Source of the DNA: Rhodopirellula sp. | GTDB taxonomy: Bacteria > Planctomycetota > Planctomycetia > Pirellulales > Thermoguttaceae | DNA length: 64,000 nucleotides | Reading direction: 5' to 3' | Assembly (NCBI GenBank): GCA_012728855.1 | Contig: JAAYEH010000400.1 | Coordinates: 34,899 to 98,898, forward strand | Shown: one piece after another, positions 25,247 to 32,555 of the stretch | Layout of the letters: each line of letters opens with the position of its first letter | How positions within the stretch are numbered: the stretch's first letter is position 1 | Program-made: the position numbers and the translations under genes | The notes under the pieces: generated by a model | Database searches by the model: none | The model's input: the letters and a program-made list of their open reading frames with translations, nothing else | Told to the model about the DNA's origin: nothing

Positions 25247-25338
25247 GGGGTCGGGAGTCTTTTTTCCGTATCGGCCACACCGCCGCTCGACAGATCGAGT
25301 GCGGTTAGCGGCCGATACGGAAAAAGACTCCCGACCCC
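25247..25338. repeat. Nested-palindrome element, short form (92 nt), copy A
   Basis: GGGGTCGGGAGTCTTTTTTCCGTATCGGCC + 33-nt core + GGCCGATACGGAAAAAGACTCCCGACCCC. Preceded by CAACCAAGAA. Confidence 0.85.
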
Positions 25339-25370
25339 CTCGCGTGTTTCGATTCAGGCGACCGAGGAGA

Positions 25371-25889
25371 TCATGCGTCCCTCGGACGGCGCGCGAATCG
25401 TACGAGCAGCCCGGCGCACCAGATGGTAGTGAACGCCAGATAGCCAACGAGCAGCCACCATACCCCGTCGCTCAACCGCGGTTGGGGCAGCAGGTTCGCC
25501 CGAAACACCAGATGGCCCAGTCCGATGAAGAACGCCACGGTTCCGGCGGCGAACCACATCATCTGCGCCGACAGAACGGCATACGTCTTCGCCGCCTGCT
25601 GCTCCGACAGCCAGTACTCCTTGTGGGGAAGGTTGACCGTCGATTTCGGGAACCACGGCATGATCCAGCCGATCGTGCTCAAGAGAGCCGCCGTGCCCGC
25701 GAGGGTCGCCAGATGCACGACGAAGAAAGCGGGCTTGCCGGACCAGCCGTTCGCATGCCCGTCGCCGGCGAAGTGGGATGCCATCCTGGCGGGCAATTTC
25801 GGGTAATAATAGGCGGAGTGGGCCACTTCAAATACAAGCAGGGCGATCAGTAGCGCGAAGGCCGTCAGCGACTTATTCATCCAGCGCAT
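25371..25889 (-). CDS. DUF1648-like integral membrane protein
   Basis: YYPKLPARMASHFAGDGHANGWSGKPAFF plus four predicted TM helices. Last gene of the SPFH-Arc cluster. Confidence 0.65.
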   Translation of the reverse strand: MRWMNKSLTAFALLIALLVFEVAHSAYYYPKLPARMASHFAGDGHANGWSGKPAFFVVHLATLAGTAALLSTIGWIMPWFPKSTVNLPHKEYWLSEQQAAKTYAVLSAQMMWFAAGTVAFFIGLGHLVFRANLLPQPRLSDGVWWLLVGYLAFTTIWCAGLLVRFARRPRDA

Positions 25890-25892
25890 GGC

Positions 25893-26102
25893 TCAGCCTT
25901 CCGGCATCTCCTCGGATTTGCTTTTGTTCTGGCCGCGGGGTGAAAGATCCTCGCGCGCATCGCCCTTGCGGCGCCGCACCGCCTGGTGCAGAACATACTC
26001 GATCTGTCCGTTCACACTGCGTAGTTCCTGCTGCGCCCAGGCCTCTAGCTCGCGATAGAGATCCGGGCTGATTCGCAGCAGGAAAGACTTGCGGGACTTC
26101 AT
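25893..26102 (-). CDS. Arc/MetJ-type ribbon-helix-helix DNA-binding protein
   Basis: [38 protein letters not shown] matches the Arc-like pattern. Confidence 0.7.
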   Translation of the reverse strand: MKSRKSFLLRISPDLYRELEAWAQQELRSVNGQIEYVLHQAVRRRKGDAREDLSPRGQNKSKSEEMPEG

Positions 26103-26132
26103 ATCAACGGCTGCATCTCGCGTTTCTGGGGA

Positions 26133-27032
26133 TCATGCGTAGAGCGTGCCGGTGTTGATCACCGGCTGCGCTTCCGCCTCGCCGCAGAGGATGACGAGGA
26201 GATTGCTCACCATGCTGGCCTTGCGGTCTTCGTCCAATTCAAGAACCTTCTTCTCGGCCAGTTCTTCCAGGGCCATTTGCACCATGCTCACGGCACCGTG
26301 GACGATCTTCTGCCGGGCGTCGATGATCGCCTCCGCCTGCTGGCGGCGGAGCATAGCGCCGGCGATCTCCGGCGCATAGGCCAGATGCGTGATTCTCGCC
26401 TCTTCCACCACGACACCGGCCTTGGTAACTCTTTCCTGGAGTTCCTTCTGCAGGGCGGCACTCACCTCCTCAACGCCGCTGCGGAGCGTCGTTTCGTTCT
26501 CCTCGCCGTGATCGTACGCGTAGCAGTTCGCCAAGTGCCGAATGGCCGATTCGCTCTGCACCTCGACATACTGCTCGTAACGATCGACGTCGAACACGGC
26601 CTGCGCCGTGTCGCGGACCTGCCACACCACCACGACCGCGATTTCCACCGGATTGCCTCGGCGATCGTTCACCTTGAGCTTCTCGCTGTTGAGGTTTCGC
26701 AACCGAAGTGAAATCCGGTGCTTTGTGTTGAGCGGATTGGTCCAATGCCAGCCGCTGGTGCGGACTGTGCCACAGTAACGGCCGAAGAGAATCAAAACCC
26801 TGCCTTCGTTCGGCTCGAGCGTGAAGTAGCCGAAAGAGGTAAAAACGCCCAGCCCGAATATCAGTAGAGCGCCCAGCAGGAGCCAGAAGTTCGGTAGGTC
26901 GCCCGATGAATCGGCCTCGACGGTCGACACCACGAACCAGGCAAACACCGCGATTCCGGCGGCGAAGATCAGAATCGTCACCGGCAACATCGCCCAACCA
27001 CCAGGCACTCGGACCTCACGTTCGACGTTCAT
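26133..27032 (-). CDS. SPFH/band-7 domain membrane protein
   Basis: Two N-terminal TM helices, then FTLEPNEGRVLILFGRYCGTVRTSGWHW..LNSEKLKVNDRRGNPVEIAVVVVWQVRDTAQAVFDV. Confidence 0.85.
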   Translation of the reverse strand: MNVEREVRVPGGWAMLPVTILIFAAGIAVFAWFVVSTVEADSSGDLPNFWLLLGALLIFGLGVFTSFGYFTLEPNEGRVLILFGRYCGTVRTSGWHWTNPLNTKHRISLRLRNLNSEKLKVNDRRGNPVEIAVVVVWQVRDTAQAVFDVDRYEQYVEVQSESAIRHLANCYAYDHGEENETTLRSGVEEVSAALQKELQERVTKAGVVVEEARITHLAYAPEIAGAMLRRQQAEAIIDARQKIVHGAVSMVQMALEELAEKKVLELDEDRKASMVSNLLVILCGEAEAQPVINTGTLYA

Positions 27033-27220
27033 CGTATCGCCTCCCTAAAAGGCTCCCGGCGGTCTTTTAGATCGCCTCGAGCATGACCGGATCTCACAAC
27101 ACGCGCCAGCCCCGCCGGAAAATCGTCAGGTTGCCCCCTTGCCTTGCCTCCTCATCTCAATGCAGCCTACCCGCCGCGACATCAATACGGGTGCTTTCAA
27201 TTAGTTATTCGTTGAGCGAT

Positions 27221-27269
27221 CGACGGCATTTCATAAATATATCGCAATGATATCATTTCGATGCCGTCG
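27221..27269. promoter_or_regulatory. AT-rich island flanked by a 9-bp inverted repeat (candidate operator/promoter of the SPFH-Arc-DUF1648 operon)
   Basis: CGACGGCAT-ttcataaatatatcgcaatgatatcatttcg-ATGCCGTCG. This is the most AT-rich stretch of the neighbourhood, about 190-240 nt upstream of the SPFH ATG. Confidence 0.3.
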
Positions 27270-27327
27270 AGTCAATCCCAGCTCGAATGATTGCGTCAAG
27301 AGGCTCGCAAGCAGTCCGCTACGGCCA

Positions 27328-27353
27328 GATCCTGCTCGGCAAGCAGGATCTAC
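27328..27353 (-). repeat. GTAG-headed REP hairpin overlapping the hemH stop codon
   Basis: The minus strand reads GTAG+GATCCTGCTTGCCGAGCAGGATC. The TAG is the hemH stop (27350-27352). Confidence 0.8.
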
Positions 27354-28384
27354 TGGGGGGAATCCGCCGCGCGCTCACCGCGAGGGCAGCATCCGGGGGG
27401 GCAGACGTCGTGGCCGGGGCCATACTGGCCCAGCGCGAGGCGCTGCGGATGCGCGTCTATCCGCTCAAGAATCAACTCGCGAATCAAACGGACGAACCGC
27501 GGATGGCATCCGACCAGGCTGGAACGGACCATGTTGATCCCCAATTGCTCGCACAACCCGCGGATTTCGACGTCCAGGTCGAAAACGACTTCCATGTGTT
27601 CCGACAGGAAGCCGATTGGAACCAGCACGAGATCTTGGATCGCCTCGGTCCGATGCCACTGACTGATCAGATCCCCCACGTCCGGTTCCAGCCAAGGCTG
27701 CGAGGGAGGGCCGCTGCGACTTTGCCAAGCGAGAGACCAATTCTCTCGTCCGAGACGCTCGGAAACGAGTCGGCACGTCTCACGAAGTTGTTGCTCGTAG
27801 TCGCATCGCCGGGCCATGGCGATCGGCAGACTGTGGGCGGTGTAGATCAGTCGGGCGGCATCGCGGCGATCGGCCGGAATCTCGCCGAGCGCCGACAGCA
27901 CTCGATCGACCATCGTTTCGACGAAGCCGGGATGGTTATAGAAGATCCGCAGCTTGTCGATGCGGGGAGCGTCCGGCCCCACGGCATCGCGGGCTGCCTC
28001 GATATCTTCCAGGTATTGCCGACAACCGGAATAGGAGGAATACGCGGAAGTAACCAGCGCCAGCGCCCGGCGAATGCCGTCATCGGCCATCTGCCGAACG
28101 GTGTCCTCCAAAAGGGGGTGCCAATTACGGTTTCCCCAGTAGACGGGCAGATTGGGCCCGTGCTGGTTCAATTCGCGGACGATGGCCGCCAGCAGAGCCC
28201 GGTTTTGGGCGTTGATCGGGCTGATCCCGCCGAACAGATCATAGTGCTCGGCGACCTCCAACATGCGCTGTCGGGGCACATTCTTGCCGCGAAGCACGTT
28301 TTCCAGAAAGGGGAGAACATCGTCCGGCTTTTCGGGGCCGCCGAACGAAAGGAGCAACAGAGCATCGTAGGGGATATTCTCCAC
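27350..28384 (-). CDS. hemH: Ferrochelatase
   Basis: MENIPYDALLLLSFGGPEKPDDVLPFLENVLRGKNVPRQRMLEVAEHYDLFGGISPIN..FLSEHMEVVFDLD. Confidence 0.92.
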   Translation of the reverse strand: MENIPYDALLLLSFGGPEKPDDVLPFLENVLRGKNVPRQRMLEVAEHYDLFGGISPINAQNRALLAAIVRELNQHGPNLPVYWGNRNWHPLLEDTVRQMADDGIRRALALVTSAYSSYSGCRQYLEDIEAARDAVGPDAPRIDKLRIFYNHPGFVETMVDRVLSALGEIPADRRDAARLIYTAHSLPIAMARRCDYEQQLRETCRLVSERLGRENWSLAWQSRSGPPSQPWLEPDVGDLISQWHRTEAIQDLVLVPIGFLSEHMEVVFDLDVEIRGLCEQLGINMVRSSLVGCHPRFVRLIRELILERIDAHPQRLALGQYGPGHDVCPPGCCPRGERAADSPQ

Positions 28385-28433
28385 TCGGATGACCCGCCCC
28401 TTGAACGAACCAAGCCATTACTTGGACAAAAGC

Positions 28434-28507
28434 TGACCCCGACGGGATTTGAACCCGTGTTGCAGGCTTGAAAGGCCTGTGTCCTAACCTGGCTAGACGA
28501 CGGGGCC
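28434..28507 (-). tRNA. tRNA-Glu (anticodon UUC), no encoded CCA
   Basis: GGCCCCGTCGTCTAGCCAGGTTAGGACACAGGCCTTTCAAGCCTGCAACACGGGTTCAAATCCCGTCGGGGTCA folded by eye. 7-bp acceptor stem (one G-U). Anticodon stem CAGGC/GCCTG with loop CTTTCAA. T-arm GGGTTCAAATCCC. Confidence 0.9.
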
Positions 28508-28599
28508 GGTGCTAAGCCGAACGGCGGCGAAGTATAGGATCTATACAAGCAATAGCAGGGCGCCGTCAAGGGGGGCGACAGATTTCAACCGAGCGAAGA

Positions 28600-28818
28600 T
28601 CAAGAATCGCCGGTGGTATTGGCCGCGTCGGACTTATCGGGGGCTTTCTCAGCCTCGTTTCGCCGGATTGCGTCGAATACCTCCCGCCGGTGGACCGGCA
28701 CCTCCTTTGGGGCCTCGACCCCAAGGCGCACCTTGTCTCCGCGAATCTCGACGACCACGATGGTAATGTCATCGTTGATGACAATACTCTCGTTCTTCTT
28801 ACGCGATAGTACCAACAT
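28600..28818 (-). CDS. csrA: Carbon storage regulator CsrA
   Basis: MLVLSRKKNESIVINDDITIVVVEIRGDKVRLGVEAPKEVPVHRREVF. RBS AAGGAA precedes ATG 28818. Confidence 0.9.
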   Translation of the reverse strand: MLVLSRKKNESIVINDDITIVVVEIRGDKVRLGVEAPKEVPVHRREVFDAIRRNEAEKAPDKSDAANTTGDS

Positions 28819-29489
28819 CCTATGTTCCTTCGCCCTCCTGCCAGAACTCCGATCGGCGAACGCCGCCGACAAGGAGCGCTGCGCGAGCGTGCGCACCGGA
28901 ACCGCCTTTGTTTCAGCATACGCTGGGGAAAGTATGGCGTCAAGCAAACTCCGGTCGCTTGAGAGAATTGGTGGTCGGCTCGGACCAGCGCAGCACCTAC
29001 AACTGCTATATCCCGACTACGCCACCCAAAGGAATTAGCTGGGAGCACGGGCAGCCGTCGGCGGTGATCGACTGCAAGGCAAGCGTGGACAATCGCTTAG
29101 GATACTCTTCGGCAGTCCGTTTCATCCCCAGAGACGCTTCGTAGTCAGTCCTTTCCGCGCGGCAATAGCCCGCCCAAGTGTCGAAGGCGACACACCCGAT
29201 CGACAGGTGTTCACGCGAACATATCGGGCCAATCCATCATAAGGCAAACCGCGAGGTCGTTGATACGAGCTGAATAAGCGGGAACACCGAGTGAGTCGTG
29301 CCCAGCTCTTTGCTTGACATGGCGGCCAAGTCCTTCGATCATGAACGAGGCAACTCGGTCGTCAACGGCCCCGACCCTCGCTCGGCGCTTGTGAGGTCGG
29401 GCCACATGTCTATAATTCTGTGCAAGCGGCGCCGGGAGTGAAAGTACCCGCCAGGATTGCCCGATGGCCCGTTCGGATAGGAAATCATC

Positions 29490-30050
29490 ATGGTTCGATG
29501 GATGGACGATTTTCGGCGTGGCTTATTCGGTTGGTTCCGCAATATTTTCGTTGCGGTGCTGACCGTAGCCAACGCCATGCTGGTAACACTGCGGTACTGG
29601 TTTCGCACCTATGACCCGCAGAGGAAGACCTATACGGAGCATTATGAGTACCCCGAATTGCCCGTCCCCGTCGCAGCGCGCTATCGGGGGTTTCACCGGT
29701 TCGATCTGACGACGTGCATTGCGTGTGAGCGCTGCGCACGCGACTGTCCGGTGGATTGCATCTACATAGGAAAGGCGCGCGTGGAGGGCCGCAAGGGCTT
29801 CCGTGTGACGGGCTTTGTCATCGATTACACAAAATGCATGTTCTGTGCGCTTTGCACCGAATCGTGCCCCGTGGACTGCATTTTTATGGGAGCAACGCAC
29901 GACTTGAGTTGCTACAGCCGGGACGGGTGCCTTGTCGATTTCGCGCGATTGCCGCTTGAAGTCGCTTGGGGCCGTTTTGCCTTGAATCCCACAGCGGTTT
30001 CGCAATCGAAAGTCATCACCAAGCCGGTACATGACGGCCCTAATCAGTAA
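29490..30050 (+). CDS. NuoI-like 2x[4Fe-4S] ferredoxin (stand-alone, not in a nuo operon)
   Basis: [12 protein letters not shown] and [12 protein letters not shown]. NuoI-like spacing ([22 protein letters not shown]). Confidence 0.8.
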   Translation: MVRWMDDFRRGLFGWFRNIFVAVLTVANAMLVTLRYWFRTYDPQRKTYTEHYEYPELPVPVAARYRGFHRFDLTTCIACERCARDCPVDCIYIGKARVEGRKGFRVTGFVIDYTKCMFCALCTESCPVDCIFMGATHDLSCYSRDGCLVDFARLPLEVAWGRFALNPTAVSQSKVITKPVHDGPNQ

Positions 30051-30105
30051 GGACTGGCGGAGTAAGAAGTGCCGCACGGAACGGAAAGGGGAGGAACAGA
30101 CCATT

Positions 30106-30540
30106 ATGGCTCATACTCGACGCCGCAAGACATTCACGGTCCAGGAGGCGAATGCCGCACTGCCACTGATCCGGGCGATCGTTCACGATCTCGTGGAGGC
30201 TTCCCGAGAAACCGTAGACCGCCGGGAGCGCCTCGCGTATCTGATTGGTGGCCGCCGTCGAGACGTGCAAGATCCTTACCGCGAGGAGCTTGCGCAAATC
30301 GAAGATGAACTGGAGAAGCAGAGCCGCGTTTTGCAGGAGTATGTACAGGAACTTCGCGACTTGGGCGTCGAGCCCAAGAGCGCCACCGAAGGTCTGATCG
30401 ACTTCCCCGCGATCCTGGACGGCCGGCAGGTCTATTTGTGCTGGAAACTGGGCGAGCCGGAAGTCCTCTACTGGCACGAACTGGATAGCGGTTTCGCCGG
30501 GCGTCAGTCGCTCACGGTCGACAGCCTTGCCGATCCTTGA
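30106..30540 (+). CDS. DUF2203 family protein
   Basis: FTVQEANAALPLIRAIVHDL..LQEYVQELRDLGVEPKSATEGLIDFPAILDGRQVYLCWKLGEPEVLYWHE. RBS GGGGAGGAA. Confidence 0.7.
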   Translation: MAHTRRRKTFTVQEANAALPLIRAIVHDLVEASRETVDRRERLAYLIGGRRRDVQDPYREELAQIEDELEKQSRVLQEYVQELRDLGVEPKSATEGLIDFPAILDGRQVYLCWKLGEPEVLYWHELDSGFAGRQSLTVDSLADP

Positions 30541-30695
30541 CGTGATTGCCGAACGGACTACAGACTCCACCGCAGGCGGAGTAAAACGAGCGGCGGGAAT
30601 GTGTTTCTCCGCATCCCGGCTGCTACCATCAAGTACGATGATGATGCAGCAATCGACTGGAGGCGAGCAGCCGGGCTGCTCATTGCCACAGGTTC

Positions 30696-32168
30696 TTACG
30701 GCAAGCTCAGCACCTGACACTTCCCGGGCTGAGACTCGATCGAAAGCTTGTTCTTGCCGATGCGAAGTTCGACCGCTCCCGTGGAACCGCCGAAATCCGT
30801 TCGCCGCACAAGGACTCGGTCGCCCAGGAGGATGCCCGAGACCACGGCTGCCGGCTGCTTCGGCACCTCGAACGTCACCGGCACGCCGTTGTCGAGGAAG
30901 TCGCCGTACTGCTGGGCGGCTGCGTAGACTTCATGCACCAACCGGCATTCTTCCGCGTCTTCATCCTTGGGGCACCAGAGGAAGAAGGTGTCGGTACCCC
31001 GCAGCAGCATGTGCCAGAGAAGTTCCTGGTAGGCTTGAGGGCTCATCTGCTTCACGCTCGGATCCGCTTCCTTCGGCGGCGCGGTGGTATGCCAATGAAC
31101 GAAGCTGATGATCGGCGTGCCGGCGGGGGTATGGCGGCCGGCGTTGCCGGCCACGAGGAGCATGTTGTAGAACCAGCGATAGTCGCTGTCGTCGAAGTCG
31201 TACCAGTTGTAGGTCGGATACCAGGTGTAGACTACCGGCATGGCGAACGTGTAGCCCGTTCCGGCAAACTCGTTGGCCCAGTGCCGATACTTCGCGCCCC
31301 GGTCGGCCAGGTGGGGCTGGCCGTCGACATAGGTTTCGAAATAATCGTACCAATAGCGGAACCCATTGTTCGGATAGACGGCGTAGTTGCCGACCAGCGC
31401 TTTCGGGAAACGCGCGAGGATCGGATCGGTGAAGGCGTAGCGCTGCAGCTCGCTGCGGATCGTCCGTAGCACTTGCTGGAACTCGAGGAAGTTGTCGATA
31501 TCCTGGAACTTCTTGCGGCAGCGTTCGCACTTCGTCGAGGCTTCGTGGGCCCGATTGAATTCGATCGGGCCGTCGATCTCCCAGTCGGCGAAGATGAAGT
31601 CCACCGGCAGCCCGGCGCCGCGATACGCCTCGGCGAAGGACTCCACCTGCCGGCGAATCGGATCTTTGCGGTGCTCCAAAGCGAAGGGACAGCCCATGAA
31701 GTGCTTGGAATGAACATTGAACGATTCGTCCCAAAATGGACGGCCTTGCGCGTCGACGTGTGCGGTCCCTTCGTCGCCGTTGAAGAAGCGATGAAGGCAC
31801 GCCGTTGCGTTGACGTTGACCGAAAGACCTCGCTTCGCCTGCGCGCGGGCGACCACCAGCGCCTGCGCCAGACTGTCCTCCTGCCGCGACGGCGACCAGG
31901 AACTGATCAGTCCGACGCCGCGCTGGTCGAGAAGGCCGACGAGTTCTTCGGCGGCCGCGTCGTCGAGGCGGCCCGGATTGCCCGCGGGCCAGAGATAGAG
32001 CGGCAGCCGGTCGCCGCGCGGAAATTTCAGCGGCAGGGTGGCGTCGAGCGCCGTCTGGACGCGGCCGGACCACCGTGGAGAATCCGCCTTCTCGGCGGCG
32101 TCCAGCGGGATGGACAGACCGAGCAAGACAAACGCTGTGGCGGCCGACAGCGGTCGGAGGGGCATCAT
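30696..32168 (-). CDS. Secreted hypothetical protein, aromatic-rich (possible glycoside-hydrolase-like fold; family not recognised)
   Basis: Signal peptide MMPLRPLSAATAFVLLGLSIPLDAAEK. Motifs DFIFADWEIDGP, YPTYNWYDFDDSDYRWFYN, FVHWHTTAPP. Confidence 0.6.
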   Translation of the reverse strand: MMPLRPLSAATAFVLLGLSIPLDAAEKADSPRWSGRVQTALDATLPLKFPRGDRLPLYLWPAGNPGRLDDAAAEELVGLLDQRGVGLISSWSPSRQEDSLAQALVVARAQAKRGLSVNVNATACLHRFFNGDEGTAHVDAQGRPFWDESFNVHSKHFMGCPFALEHRKDPIRRQVESFAEAYRGAGLPVDFIFADWEIDGPIEFNRAHEASTKCERCRKKFQDIDNFLEFQQVLRTIRSELQRYAFTDPILARFPKALVGNYAVYPNNGFRYWYDYFETYVDGQPHLADRGAKYRHWANEFAGTGYTFAMPVVYTWYPTYNWYDFDDSDYRWFYNMLLVAGNAGRHTPAGTPIISFVHWHTTAPPKEADPSVKQMSPQAYQELLWHMLLRGTDTFFLWCPKDEDAEECRLVHEVYAAAQQYGDFLDNGVPVTFEVPKQPAAVVSGILLGDRVLVRRTDFGGSTGAVELRIGKNKLSIESQPGKCQVLSLP

Positions 32169-32237
32169 GGCATAACCTCGGCAAGGGTGGATCAAGGACC
32201 GTACCGAGTTTACCCGATCGAGCGGAAGCATGCCACA

Positions 32238-32268
32238 TCAGCCCGGCTGCTTGCAGCAGCCGGGCTGA
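32238..32268. repeat. Hairpin TCAGCCCGGCTGC-N5-GCAGCCGGGCTGA (same stems as 35707-35737)
   Basis: 13-bp perfect stem, located in a divergent intergenic region. Confidence 0.75.
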
Positions 32269-32555
32269 TCTTTGTCGCAACGGCACATCCCACGCAGGCC
32301 GTTGGCCGTTGAGGTTAAGAGCCTATCCCAAAACCTTGGCGGAGAGGGGGACAGGCACATTTTGCTCCGAAGACTCCGCAAAATGAGCCAGTCCCCGGCG
32401 GTTTTGGGATAGGCTCTCAACGAGATGCCGGATCATGCGGCTGCGGTCCTGGAGACTGGAGAAGCGATTGCCGGGGAACTACAATCGGCAAGGCGAGAAG
32501 AGTCGCTTTGCCGAAGTGAACCGTGCGGTTATTGGCGATCAGACGGAGCAGCGCG

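Noticed and set aside
27287-28471. 394-aa + strand ORF.
   Set aside because: It is antisense to ferrochelatase and reads through the tRNA-Glu gene. It has no motifs.
28434-29489. Genomic island integrated at tRNA-Glu.
   Set aside because: Only weak, frame-broken recombinase-like strings are present, and they lie on the 5' side of the tRNA. I found no direct repeat of the tRNA 3' end. The neighbouring genes (csrA, hemH) are core functions.
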